From Candidatus Hermodarchaeota archaeon (GTDB lineage: Archaea; Asgardarchaeota; Hermodarchaeia; Hermodarchaeales; Hermodarchaeaceae), in the NCBI GenBank assembly GCA_016839805.1, contig JAEOTO010000015.1:50373-114372 (forward strand): a stretch of DNA of 64,000 bases, in the 5' to 3' direction. This document shows, in pieces, positions 40,601-50,266 of this stretch; within the stretch, counting starts at the first letter, position 1, and each line of letters opens with the position of its first letter. Both the position numbers and the translations under genes were made by a program. Below the pieces are notes generated by a model that worked only from the letters and a program-made list of their open reading frames with translations, searched no databases and was not told the origin of the DNA.

Positions 40601-41658
40601 GAGCTCGTAGCTTCGGCGCTGAAGGCATTGGATTATGTCGAACAGAGCATATGTTCTTCGAAGAGGAACGCCGACCAATCGTTGTCAAGATGATTATGTC
40701 TGATAATGAAGGTGAACGCCAGAAGCTCCTCGACCAATTATTACCTTTCCAACGCGAGGATTTTGAGGGGATTTTTAAAGCGATGGATGGATTCCCCGTT
40801 ATTGTTCGTTTAATCGACCCACCGATGCACGAATTCCTACCAACCAAGGATGAACTCAATGATGAAATCTGTCAATTACAACTCAAACTGCAAAGTAATC
40901 CATCAGAGACTACACTAAAACGGATAAAGAAGAAGCTCGCGGAAAAAGAACATCTCTTAGATGTGGTTGAAACTATGTGGGAAGTGAATCCCATGATGGG
41001 TCTCCGAGGCTGCCGCGCAGGAATATCCTATCCTGGTCTGACCGAAATGCAAGTGCGAGCCATCTTCGAAGCTGCCTGTAACGTCGCCAAAGAAGGAGTG
41101 AAAGTCTACCCAGAAGTGATGATACCCTTAGTAAGTCATGTCAATGAACTCATGCTTGAACGAGAAAAACTAGAAAAAGTCGTTAAAGACGTATTAGCGG
41201 AAAAAAATTGTAAACTCAGGTACAAGTTTGGGTTGATGATTGAAACGCCCCGTGCCGCCTTAACCGCAGATGTTGTTGCACAATTTGCGGATTTCTTCTC
41301 ATTCGGAACCAACGACTTAACTCAAATGACCTACGGCGTATCACGCGATGATGCTGAAGGCAAATTCCTCCGCCAATACGTCATCTGGGGCATTCTCCCA
41401 AATAATCCATTTGAGGTTCTTGACCGCGATGGCGTTGGAACCCTAATGAAAATGACCATCGAGAAAGGCCGGGCCGCTAATCCTAAACTTGAAATCGGGG
41501 GCTGTGGTGAACACTTCGGCGAACCCAGCTCCATTGAATTCTCACACATCATCGGTCTCAACTACGTCAGTGCATCCCCCTTTCGCGTACCTATTGCCCG
41601 GCTCGCCGCCGCTCAAGCAGCGTTAAATCATAAATATGGACGAAATCAAGCGAATTGA
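37690..41658 (+). CDS. ppdK: Pyruvate, phosphate dikinase containing an intein
   Basis: LLGGKGANLAEM, SMPGMMDT, GEDVVAG, GGMT|SHAAVVARG split by an insert, GIGLCRTEHMF, FSFGTNDLTQ. Confidence 0.97.
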   Translation: MSNKWVYLFSEGNKDMRDLLGGKGANLAEMTNAGLPVPPGFTITTEACNAYFANDKQFPEGMWDQVLTAIKTLEKQTGKRLGDPANPLLVSARSGARVSMPGMMDTVLNIGFNQKVLDGFAKLTGNIRVAWDAYRRLIQMFGNIVKEISRHKFEAILDEYKAKTEGGRDTDLSVAMLKELVRDFKALYHTELGEKFPDEPLEQIRQAIAAVFNSWFGAPATSYRNAEGIPHDWGTAVNIQTMVFGNMGERSGTGVTFTRNPASGEKEVWGEYLLNAQGEDVVAGIRTPQPISHLKEDLPKIWDEFIKISDRLEQHYRDMQDLEFTIERDKLYMLQTRTGKRTAIAAVKIAVDMVQEGLIEKNEAILRVNPSQIDQFLHPRFDPEAVEEAKNSGHLIAQGLNASPGAATGIAIFDADTAAERGQTGEKLILVRPETNPDDVHGMIEAQGILTQRGGMTCVAGESKVLTDQGFMTAEEAFLWLAAGNQLQILAFDHQSRRTIWRKVIAAGQRIADVCTISVSQTGRAKKNILRLTPNHKMFTIQNRQFQKKTLEACLEDKNFLCVIENIPALTESLVNESTLAYTAGAIFTDGYVNLKPTKGSVTFTQKRTPEKQPFIEAVRSKFNETFGYSFTYHRNRQSDAILEGRKIEGEVQDLICFHQEPAQILSNTWNNLVPWMLTLDKESLYSFLAGVIDGDGTFNEKSSRVNIFIGKEELLQGVIIACLRIGILPQITNNRSIFNIQLPVEYSPIFEYTKRVFGAEENRLYSHRLFSTRSLFTDIIDKVNYKGRVKEAIKRNLMFGADKIERDLLSLCEPQIQQELQVILDSDVRMYRISKVDETEKTEVYNFEVNATNDLDKNFVVFSSQYTPILVSNSHAAVVARGWGKACVAGCETISIDMDARAFRVGDIVIREGDPISIDGTTGSVFKGEIGTIDASFDEESELVTLLSWADDIRKLGVWTNADNPKDASRARSFGAEGIGLCRTEHMFFEEERRPIVVKMIMSDNEGERQKLLDQLLPFQREDFEGIFKAMDGFPVIVRLIDPPMHEFLPTKDELNDEICQLQLKLQSNPSETTLKRIKKKLAEKEHLLDVVETMWEVNPMMGLRGCRAGISYPGLTEMQVRAIFEAACNVAKEGVKVYPEVMIPLVSHVNELMLEREKLEKVVKDVLAEKNCKLRYKFGLMIETPRAALTADVVAQFADFFSFGTNDLTQMTYGVSRDDAEGKFLRQYVIWGILPNNPFEVLDRDGVGTLMKMTIEKGRAANPKLEIGGCGEHFGEPSSIEFSHIIGLNYVSASPFRVPIARLAAAQAALNHKYGRNQAN
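39061..40311 (+). mobile_element. Intein (417 aa) with LAGLIDADG homing endonuclease
   Basis: Begins CVAGES, block B LTPNH, motifs AGAIFTDG and LAGVIDGDG, block F VYNFEV, ends VSN with +1 Ser; AT-richer than the exteins. Confidence 0.95.
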
Positions 41659-41664
41659 AGTGAA

Positions 41665-42495
41665 ATGGTGACTTCTCCTCCCTTCAACATTCGCTCAATG
41701 AAGAAACAGGATTGGACCGCCTTCAAACCACTCGATACACAACTTTTTCCTGATGATCCCATTGAAGAAGATCACTTCCAGAGGCTGTTAGAGACCAATG
41801 GTTTATTCGCCCTTACCACGAAAAACGACGAAATCATCGGCTATCTATATGTCACACGATTCGGTGAGGATCTTGGACACCTTGGTCGTATTGGTGTTGC
41901 TCAAGCTTACCAGAACCATGGGCTAGGGAGTAGGTTAATGGAATTTGCGCTTCAATGGTTCCAAGAACAAGGTGGAATAAACACCATTCGATTGTACACC
42001 CAAGATTTTAATGCCAAAGCCCAACGCCTTTATGAAAAATTTAAATTCCGAATAACTGGTACAACCTGGCATTATATCATACCCTTCAACTCAATTCACC
42101 CACAGGGAAAATATACCTGCCATATAATTCAAGACCACGAAGTAAGAATCCTACAGAAACGCTACCCAGATTCAATGCCAGCAGCCCAGATTCGGAGATG
42201 GTTAGAACGCGATTCACTGGTATTGACGCTCAAAAATTCCCAAGGTCAAATTATTGGTGTCTGCCGCTTTTCTCCCTCTTTTCCTGGGTGTTTTCCCTTT
42301 GAACTAGATGCCATCTCATGCTTTGATGATTTTATTCATGAACTCCAGAAATTCAGCCTTCCCAACTATGATTACGTTCGAGTCACATTCACGGATTTCC
42401 CAGAACTAGCCCAACTAATGGAACACCGGAATTACAAACTCCACCATCGACTCCACAAAATGGAACTCTCACTAGAAAAAAGGAAGAAGAGGTGA
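41665..42495 (+). CDS. GNAT-family acetyltransferase
   Basis: RIGV...YQ.HGLG, N..A..LYEK..F. Confidence 0.82.
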   Translation: MVTSPPFNIRSMKKQDWTAFKPLDTQLFPDDPIEEDHFQRLLETNGLFALTTKNDEIIGYLYVTRFGEDLGHLGRIGVAQAYQNHGLGSRLMEFALQWFQEQGGINTIRLYTQDFNAKAQRLYEKFKFRITGTTWHYIIPFNSIHPQGKYTCHIIQDHEVRILQKRYPDSMPAAQIRRWLERDSLVLTLKNSQGQIIGVCRFSPSFPGCFPFELDAISCFDDFIHELQKFSLPNYDYVRVTFTDFPELAQLMEHRNYKLHHRLHKMELSLEKRKKR

Positions 42496-42510
42496 ACCTA
42501 AGGGTTCACC
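42491..42510 (+). terminator. Perfect 8-bp inverted repeat at the GNAT stop codon
   Basis: GGTGAACC-TAAG-GGTTCACC. Confidence 0.4.
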
Positions 42511-42654
42511 TGGCGTTGACGACGAATAAGGAATATAGCCACAACTATTCGTGAAGTTTTTAATGAAAATGTGTACCTTGCGTTACTATGTTACTCAAAT
42601 AAGAACCAGCCATAGTGCAAAATCTGCAGAGTAAAAAGGCACACGAAGGAATAG

Positions 42655-42687
42655 TAAAAAAAGGGAAGGTGGAGGGATTCCCTCCAC
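42655..42687 (-). terminator. Hairpin plus T-tract terminator
   Basis: GTGGAGGG-att-CCCTCCAC followed on the minus strand by a pyrimidine/T run. Confidence 0.7.
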
Positions 42688-42693
42688 TCAGAA

Positions 42694-45471
42694 TTACTTA
42701 CTGCTTCCACGACGTCGCAAAACTAGTACGAGGACGATGATGACAACGATGATGATGACCACCGCTGCGATAATCAACAACCATGGGAAATCAGGGGGAA
42801 GAAAAATGAAGTTAAACACTGTAAAACTGGATGTCGAAATCGCTTCCGAGGATAGATCCCCATCACTAACAACCACGCGAATTCTGTACTGGTCACTATT
42901 CGGCAATCCGACGGTATTCCAAGTATAACTAGTATTATCTAATCCCGTGACAATTGGATGCCACGTCGAACCGTTATCAAAGCTATAGAAGAGATCAGTG
43001 GTTAGCGGTTGCCCGTCGAAATCGTCGTGGGTCCACTGAATCGTGTAAGTCCCGTTGATGTTTTCGCCACCATCCGGTTGCACCAGGGTAACAAGGGGAG
43101 CGCGGTTACTGGTTAACCAGTCCATGGTATTCAAGAGTAGGGCTCGGTTGTCATAGTAGTCAATGATCATTGTTTTATTGTCACCATGAAGTCCTGACGT
43201 TAGGATTCTTCGAGTGAATTGCCAGGAAGCTCCAATAGTGACAAGTCTTCCACGACTGGGTGTCAACGCACTCATCACTGGATAATCAGGTGCTGCAGTA
43301 AGATTAATCCAGGTCGAAGTAGCATCCCCATCAGTTTGCACAAGAGTGGTGGCGCTCCCAGGTTGGTTGTTAATTCCAGTAGCCCCAGCTATAATGATTT
43401 GATTCAATCCTGCCATTATCGGGTGAGTTGCGAAATTAGGTGTTCCGTAAATGACATCGGTGGTAATGAAAAAGCCATCTCCGAAGTAATCATCTGAATC
43501 GATAAGAAAACTTCCGTAATCGAATCGAATGCCAAAGTCCTCGGCGATTTCTGAGGTAAATCCCAGATACATAAACGCATCACCAATGAGGAAGAGGCTT
43601 CTTCCCATGACTTCTACATATTCTTGTATACTCGTGCGGTTGGATGCTGAGTATTGGGTAAATGAACCACCAATGACTAGAGCATCAGCAGTGGCCATGA
43701 AATCGGGGTTAAACTGTCGCATCATTTTGATGCCATAACCTGCACCTCGTAGTATCTGAGCAGTATCATAGAATGAACCAATGGCGAAACCTGCTTCACC
43801 TAACCATCGAACAACGTTAATGCCAAAGAGCCCATTGTGGGATAAGGCTAAGAGACCATTACTAGTGTCGTTATACCAATGTGACATATCAGCAGTAACC
43901 ACAACTCGGCCTCTTCCATACGTAAAGGCGACTGCCACTGGGAGATTTTGTGCGGACGGACTCCCTGGTGGTGTAGTGTACCATCCGGCAGTTGCATCAT
44001 TATCAGTTCGAATCAATGGAATAGCATTTGCCGGTGTCTCGTTGAATGCGGTTGCATGAAGGAAAGTAACCTCGTCAATGCCATTGAGAATTGGGTGGTT
44101 GGCTAGATTCGCATCACTAAATACAGGCCAATAATCGTAGGTATTGTAGTTGTCGCTGTCGTTGATTACGCCATCATAGAAGTCACAACCAAAGGTTCGT
44201 GCTAGTTGATAGACAGCGTTTGTAAGGAAGCTTGTCGATTCACCAATGATTAACACACTTCCTCCCTGAATCACGTATCCCTCGATAATGTTGAGTTCAT
44301 TAGCGGTATAATCCGTTGAAGGTCTCACCATGACTAAAACGTCATTTGCGTTTATCGTAGCCGAACTCCAGACAGTCATCTTATCTACATTATAGTCCGC
44401 TCCTTCGAGGATTTGAGCAAAATCGCCAAAACCGGAGAAATCATCTTCGTAACCATAGATGTTGTCATCGTCGTCATCAATCCCATTCCAGGCAGCGTGT
44501 GTTTCATCGAAGAGAACGTTAATCGGGGTAGGAGTCTCATCAATTGAATTGAAAGGCGTGTGGCTCTCATCAAAGACCACGGTCTTCGTGGGAATGTTCG
44601 GGTGGGCGAGCCAATCAATTATGTTTCGGGCAAGAATCTCATTGTCACCATCAAAGTAATTGAAAGTGCCATCACTGTCGGTATCAGCACGTGTCCATGA
44701 ATCTCCATCACCAGAAACTACGATACGTCCAAGTCCCAATTCATATTCAAACGCTACAATTCCTGCAATGCCACTAGCAACACCCCCGCCCATATCCCAT
44801 CGACTGTGATCATCTGCGTCGGTGATTAGGATAGGCACACCATGTATCGGATACAGAACCAGCCCATCACCATAATATGTTTCAACACGGTTTACTCCCG
44901 CTGTTATAGGATGGTCACCAAAATTCGCTGAGCGATTCCAGACTACCCAGTAGTCGTAGGGTGCAATGAAGTTATTTTCATCTACAAGGGGATCATTACT
45001 TAATGTGACATCGAAGTAACTAGCGATATCTGCACCGACATCAAATCGGTCACCAATGATGAATAGCCCTCCGCCATGAGCCACGAAGTCATGAAGAAGA
45101 CCTAGTTCAGTGGCCGAGTACGCTAGGCTAGGAGTGACTGTAACGAAGATGTCAGCTCCCATTATTGTGGCTGGGTCCCAGGTGGACATGGCCTCAACGG
45201 TATAACCCTGTGCTACCATATCGGTTGTGAAATTATTGTACTGAAGGGTAATGTTGTTATCCCAGTATGGTAGGTGTGATTCATCGAAGACAATGTGTTC
45301 TCCTTGGATTGGCGCTGAAGAAAAGTCTGTGGCATTAGCAGTATAAGATAGGTCAAGTACGCCATTGTTGAAAAAGAAAAATGAACACACTAAACCTACC
45401 AGAACAACGATCAAGAAGTATTTTCTCTTAATCAAAGAATTCACATTCCTGTGACTTGCAGTTAGAGACAT
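42694..45471 (-). CDS. Membrane-anchored surface protein with three GIFT/DUF4350-like domains and an Ig-like domain (paralog A)
   Basis: Signal peptide; three FDE(S/T)H...GG.L.IIG...HPI..G...GRVVV..D...N...WL units; Ig-like PxGGE..WTH; TM plus RRRGSSK. Confidence 0.8.
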   Translation of the reverse strand: MSLTASHRNVNSLIKRKYFLIVVLVGLVCSFFFFNNGVLDLSYTANATDFSSAPIQGEHIVFDESHLPYWDNNITLQYNNFTTDMVAQGYTVEAMSTWDPATIMGADIFVTVTPSLAYSATELGLLHDFVAHGGGLFIIGDRFDVGADIASYFDVTLSNDPLVDENNFIAPYDYWVVWNRSANFGDHPITAGVNRVETYYGDGLVLYPIHGVPILITDADDHSRWDMGGGVASGIAGIVAFEYELGLGRIVVSGDGDSWTRADTDSDGTFNYFDGDNEILARNIIDWLAHPNIPTKTVVFDESHTPFNSIDETPTPINVLFDETHAAWNGIDDDDDNIYGYEDDFSGFGDFAQILEGADYNVDKMTVWSSATINANDVLVMVRPSTDYTANELNIIEGYVIQGGSVLIIGESTSFLTNAVYQLARTFGCDFYDGVINDSDNYNTYDYWPVFSDANLANHPILNGIDEVTFLHATAFNETPANAIPLIRTDNDATAGWYTTPPGSPSAQNLPVAVAFTYGRGRVVVTADMSHWYNDTSNGLLALSHNGLFGINVVRWLGEAGFAIGSFYDTAQILRGAGYGIKMMRQFNPDFMATADALVIGGSFTQYSASNRTSIQEYVEVMGRSLFLIGDAFMYLGFTSEIAEDFGIRFDYGSFLIDSDDYFGDGFFITTDVIYGTPNFATHPIMAGLNQIIIAGATGINNQPGSATTLVQTDGDATSTWINLTAAPDYPVMSALTPSRGRLVTIGASWQFTRRILTSGLHGDNKTMIIDYYDNRALLLNTMDWLTSNRAPLVTLVQPDGGENINGTYTIQWTHDDFDGQPLTTDLFYSFDNGSTWHPIVTGLDNTSYTWNTVGLPNSDQYRIRVVVSDGDLSSEAISTSSFTVFNFIFLPPDFPWLLIIAAVVIIIVVIIVLVLVLRRRGSSK

Positions 45472-45509
45472 TTGGACTAGCCTATACTGAACGCCAAGCC
45501 TGCCAACTA

Positions 45510-45599
45510 GTCCCGCTGCAAATCAAACCTATCAAATAGGCTTGTAATGGAGCTATTTAAAGATTGATGCAAAATACCTAGAAGCGATTTTCATGTGAA
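45510..45599 (-). promoter_or_regulatory. Promoter block of paralog A, duplicated at 48525-48612
   Basis: TTTAAATA box on the minus strand; palindromes CCTAT-caa-ATAGG and TTCA-tg-TGAA. Confidence 0.65.
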
Positions 45600-45626
45600 G
45601 ACTTGTAGTGACAAATTTATGGAAAT

Positions 45627-45661
45627 AAAAAAGAGAAGGGTGGTGGAGGGGGTGCCTCCAC
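45627..45661 (-). terminator. Hairpin plus T-tract terminator
   Basis: GTGGAGG-n5-CCTCCAC plus T run; homologous to 42655-42687. Confidence 0.7.
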
Positions 45662-45667
45662 TCAGAA

Positions 45668-48451
45668 TTACTTGCTGCTTCCACGACGTCGCAAGACTAG
45701 CACGAGGACGATGATGACAACGATGATGATAATCGCAGCGATAATCAACAACCACGGGAAATCCGGGGGAAGAAAAATGAAGTTGAAGACGGTGAAACTG
45801 GAAGTCGAAATCGCTTCAGATGTCAGGTCTCCGTCGTTGACAACGACGCGAATACGGTACTGGTCACTATTCGGCAATCCAATGGTATTCCAGACAAAAC
45901 TTGTATTATCTAGCCCTGTAACAATGGGATGCCACGTCGAACCGTTATCAAAGCTGTAGAAGAGATCGGTGGTTAGGGGTTGTCCGTCGTAATCGTCGTG
46001 GGTCCACTGAATCGTGTAAGTCCCGTTGATGTTTTCGCCACCATCCGGTTGCACCAATGTAACGAGGGGCGCACGGTTGCTGGTTAACCAGGCCATCGTA
46101 TTCAAGAGCAGATCTCTGTTATCATAGTAGTCAAGAATCATTGTCTTATTGTTGCCATGGAGAGAGGACGTAAGGATCCATCGTGTGAATTGCCAGGACG
46201 CTCCAATCGTGACGAGTCTCCCACGATTAGGCATTAAGGCACTCATCACTGGATAATTAGGCGCCGCGGTAAGATTAGCCCACGTCGCAGTAGCATCCCC
46301 ATCGGTTTGCACAAGTGTGGTTGCGCTACTTGGTTGGTTATTAATTCCGGTAGCCCCAGTAATGATGATTTGGTTCAAACCTGCTGTTATCGGGTGAGTT
46401 GCAAAATTTGGTGTCTCGTAAATGACATCGCTTAAACTGAAAAAAGGCTCTCCAAAGTAATCATCAGAATCAATAAGAAAGCCCATCGGGGCGTATTCAA
46501 ATCGAATGCCAAAGTCCTCTGCAATTTCTGAAGTAAAGCCTAGAAATACTGGAATGTCACCAATGAGGAAGAGGCTTCCTCCATCGATTTCAACGTAACT
46601 TTGTATAGTCGCACGTTCTGATGCTGAATATTGGACGAAGGAACCACTAAGGATAAGAGCATCAGGACGTCCAGGTGCAACTACCCCTCCACCCAAGCTA
46701 GAGGGAAAATCGAACATAGAAATCACTCCGTAACCTGCACCAATAAGAGTTTCACGCAGATTATAGTATTGACCGTAGTTATAACCGACTTCACTGAGCC
46801 AACGAATGATGCTAATACTAAACGTTGATGCATTACCATAGGGTAAAGCAAAGACAACAGAGTTGTTAACGAAATAGTGTGTGTCACCTCCAACGATGAC
46901 GCGACCTTGACCGTAATCAAAGGCAGTCATGCAAGGCAGGTTTTGTCCACTTGGGCTTCCTGGTGGCGTCGTATACCAACCAGCCGAACCATCATCATCC
47001 GTAACAAGAAGTGTAGTGGCACCCGCTGGTGTATTGTTCAGAGCGTTCCCCCAAAGATGTGGAACTTCTTTTACACCGTTCAGTGCTGGATGGTCTGTTG
47101 CTAGATTATTTCCGTCAAATTTTACCCAGTAGTCAATGGTGGAATAATGATCGTCTGAATCGCTGATGGCACCGTCAAAGAACTCCACGCCAAAGGTTTT
47201 GACGACATCGCGGAATCCGGGTCGTAATTGAGTGATTTGTTCACCGAGAAAGAGCAGCCCTCCGCCGTTTATCACGAAGTTTTGAACATCATCGATTTCT
47301 GATGGGCTCCAAACGTCATCTGGAGTGAAAAAGGAGTTACCTACGACCAGAACGTCCGCTGAACTGACTAGTCCTGAATTCCAGGTGCTCATGTTCGCAA
47401 CGGTAAATCCGTTCGCTTCCAGCATTCTGGCCCAATCACCGTAACCAGAGTCATCATCAGTATGACCGTAAACGCCATCATTGTCCGCATCGATTAAGAA
47501 GCCTTGACCATGGCTTTCATCAAAGACCACAGTAAAACCGCTGGGTATTACAGCCATGCTATGGAATGGAGCATGACTTTCATCGTAGACCACCCATTTG
47601 TTAGGGATGGCAGCATGGCTAAGCCATTCAATGATGTTGCGGGCAAGTAGGGCGTTTGCCCCTTCATCATAGTTAAGAGCTGCGTTGGTATCAGCGTCAT
47701 TATCACTGAATTGATCTGAATCACCAGTTACTACAACACGACCAGCCCCATACTGGTAATCAAACGCAACCATGGCAGCCATACCTGAAGCTAAGTTAGA
47801 ACTGATGAAGTATCGGCTGTAATCGTCAACATCCATGATCATCAATGGAGTTGCTCCTAAGGGGTAATAGAGAAGCCCTGCACCAGCATAAGTTTGCAGA
47901 TAAGTGACTCCGCTTGTGATGGAGTGATGACCAAAGTTCGAAACCTTGGTCCAATTAATATTCATGGTGGAAGGTCCGTGGTCATTGTAATCAGCAAGCC
48001 AGTCAGAGGCAAAGGTGACATTGTACCATGCTGCAAGCTCATCGGCAAACCCAGAACCAGTTGATTCTCCTATGATGAATAAGCCTCCACCTTGGGCAAG
48101 GAAGGTGTGGATATCCAATCGTTCTGCCACAGAGTAGACAACTTGGGGGTTCACGGTCACCAGGACACTAGCTGTCATTAGAGTAGTTGAATTCCAGGTA
48201 CTCATTGCTTGCACAGTATAACCTTGAGCAGTCAAATCCGCTGCAAAGGTCGAATACGCACCAGCAATCGTATGAGCAGGTGTACCACCTGGCGTATGTG
48301 ATTCATCGAAAAGAATAATACCAGTCTGTAGAGGGGCCTTATTCACTTGAACATCAGTAGCATAAGTTAGAGATGCCCCAAAACTCAAGGGAATCAATGA
48401 ACACAGAAGAAGCGCCAGAATCGTTAAATTTAAAATTAGTGTTTTTTTCAT
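45668..48451 (-). CDS. Membrane-anchored surface protein with three GIFT/DUF4350-like domains and an Ig-like domain (paralog B)
   Basis: Same architecture as 42694-45471; C-terminal ~300 aa highly similar. Confidence 0.8.
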   Translation of the reverse strand: MKKTLILNLTILALLLCSLIPLSFGASLTYATDVQVNKAPLQTGIILFDESHTPGGTPAHTIAGAYSTFAADLTAQGYTVQAMSTWNSTTLMTASVLVTVNPQVVYSVAERLDIHTFLAQGGGLFIIGESTGSGFADELAAWYNVTFASDWLADYNDHGPSTMNINWTKVSNFGHHSITSGVTYLQTYAGAGLLYYPLGATPLMIMDVDDYSRYFISSNLASGMAAMVAFDYQYGAGRVVVTGDSDQFSDNDADTNAALNYDEGANALLARNIIEWLSHAAIPNKWVVYDESHAPFHSMAVIPSGFTVVFDESHGQGFLIDADNDGVYGHTDDDSGYGDWARMLEANGFTVANMSTWNSGLVSSADVLVVGNSFFTPDDVWSPSEIDDVQNFVINGGGLLFLGEQITQLRPGFRDVVKTFGVEFFDGAISDSDDHYSTIDYWVKFDGNNLATDHPALNGVKEVPHLWGNALNNTPAGATTLLVTDDDGSAGWYTTPPGSPSGQNLPCMTAFDYGQGRVIVGGDTHYFVNNSVVFALPYGNASTFSISIIRWLSEVGYNYGQYYNLRETLIGAGYGVISMFDFPSSLGGGVVAPGRPDALILSGSFVQYSASERATIQSYVEIDGGSLFLIGDIPVFLGFTSEIAEDFGIRFEYAPMGFLIDSDDYFGEPFFSLSDVIYETPNFATHPITAGLNQIIITGATGINNQPSSATTLVQTDGDATATWANLTAAPNYPVMSALMPNRGRLVTIGASWQFTRWILTSSLHGNNKTMILDYYDNRDLLLNTMAWLTSNRAPLVTLVQPDGGENINGTYTIQWTHDDYDGQPLTTDLFYSFDNGSTWHPIVTGLDNTSFVWNTIGLPNSDQYRIRVVVNDGDLTSEAISTSSFTVFNFIFLPPDFPWLLIIAAIIIIVVIIVLVLVLRRRGSSK

Positions 48452-48524
48452 TTTGAATCATTCCCGTTGATCTGTGAGCGAGACTTCTACGATGAGGTAA
48501 ACTTGATTTTAATCTGTTTGTGTT

Positions 48525-48612
48525 GTCCCGCCGCAAATCAAACCTATCAAATAGGCTCGTGAATCGGTTATTTAAAGATTGATGCTAAAACACTGAAATC
48601 TTTTTCATGTGA
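48525..48612 (-). promoter_or_regulatory. Promoter block of paralog B
   Basis: Near copy of 45510-45599 with the same palindromes. Confidence 0.65.
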
Positions 48613-48842
48613 AAACTAGTTGTGTACTTGTCTTATTGCTGCTGCAAAACAATTGTGTCTATTACATCTTGTTCCATTAGTTACAGCGTTCTTTAACTGA
48701 CATTGATCATTAGTGCTAGATTCTTTTTAAAAATATACGCTTAGCGTATTCGCTACTAATCCAGATATTCGATGTGAATAAGGCTAAAATACTGCCTACA
48801 CTCCCTTTGATACCGAAGCTCTAATCGAGGTGTTATATCCGC

Positions 48843-50168
48843 ATGTCCCCAAAAGATGACCTTCCGTTTGAAAGCCAACCAAATGCTTTACCTGATGAAA
48901 TTGACCCAGAAAAGTATGTCATTGCCACCTACTATTTTGGTGCACCCATTGGTCTACCGATTAAAGATATTTGTGAGATGGCAGCAGTGGAACAGAGTAC
49001 AGGAACCTGGGTGCTCGTACCTGGCGAAACACCGCAAATGCGGAAAAAACATGTAGCCAAGGTCATTGGAATCTATGAGGGACCTTATCCAGAGTATAGT
49101 CAACCCAAGGATGTCACCCACCGCCATTATATCGTGCAGGTCGCGTTTCCATGGGTGAACTTTGGTCAGCAAATCCCCATGCTCCTCTCAACCGTTGTGG
49201 GCAACATCAGTATGGGTGGAAGAGTAAAGGTCCTTGATCTCCGCTTTCCAAAAAGCTGGCTAAAAGGCTTTCAAGGGCCCAAGTTTGGCACAAAAGGTGT
49301 ATTCAAGACCCTGGGTGTGAAACGACGTCCGCTCCTTAATAACATGATCAAACCCTGTACGGGGTATCCCCCCAAGGTTGGGGCTAAATTACTCTATGAG
49401 GCAGCACGGGGTGGAGCTGATATCATCAAAGATGATGAACTCATCGCCGATCCGGTCTTCAACCGCATTACCAAACGCCTACCACTCTACATGGAGGCTA
49501 TTGACAAAGCTAACTCCGAGAAAGGTGAAAAAACCTTGTACACGATCAACATCACTGATCGAATTCCAAAACTCATGGAAAATGCTGAAGCGGCCCTTGA
49601 ACATGGAGCTAATGCCCTCATGATCAACTACCTTGCTGTGGGCTACAGTGCGGTTCGGCAAGTAACTGATGACCCGAGTATCAACGTTCCCGTTCTTGGT
49701 CACATGGATATCGCAGGAGCCTTGAGCTACTCCCCGATTAGTGGGCTTTCAACTCAGCTCGTCATTGGGAAATTGCCGCGACTAGCCGGGATTGATATTG
49801 AGGTGTTTCCTGCACCTTATGGAAAAGCTCCCCTTCTTAAACAACGCTATATCGAGATGGCCCGTGCCATGAACTATCCATTGCATCACATTAAACCAAC
49901 AATGCCAATGCCCAGTGGAGGCATCACTCCTGGTCATGTCCCCATGGTGGTTGAGGATTTAGGACTCGAAATTATGATTGGTACTGGTGGAGGGATTCAT
50001 GCCTTCCCGGCTGAACATGGTGGGCCTTCGGCAGGTGCTCGTGCTTTCCGTCAAGCTATTGATGCCACAGTTAAGGGAATCTCTCTAAAAGACTATGCTG
50101 AAGATCATCCGGAATTAAAAGTCGCTCTCGATAAATGGGGAACTGGAAAGACTGGCTTCGAAATGTAA
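48843..50168 (+). CDS. RubisCO-like protein (form IV)
   Basis: EQSTGTW, GGADIIKDDE, SGG, GGGIHA; IKPC replaces IKPK and HM replaces HR. Confidence 0.85.
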   Translation: MSPKDDLPFESQPNALPDEIDPEKYVIATYYFGAPIGLPIKDICEMAAVEQSTGTWVLVPGETPQMRKKHVAKVIGIYEGPYPEYSQPKDVTHRHYIVQVAFPWVNFGQQIPMLLSTVVGNISMGGRVKVLDLRFPKSWLKGFQGPKFGTKGVFKTLGVKRRPLLNNMIKPCTGYPPKVGAKLLYEAARGGADIIKDDELIADPVFNRITKRLPLYMEAIDKANSEKGEKTLYTINITDRIPKLMENAEAALEHGANALMINYLAVGYSAVRQVTDDPSINVPVLGHMDIAGALSYSPISGLSTQLVIGKLPRLAGIDIEVFPAPYGKAPLLKQRYIEMARAMNYPLHHIKPTMPMPSGGITPGHVPMVVEDLGLEIMIGTGGGIHAFPAEHGGPSAGARAFRQAIDATVKGISLKDYAEDHPELKVALDKWGTGKTGFEM

Positions 50169-50266
50169 CTACGAGAAAAACCATCTACTGCAAGACTTTA
50201 ACGCCGTGGCATTTTATATCACCAAAACCTGAATATTCCTAAAAGTAAGACAACTGGGTTTCATCA

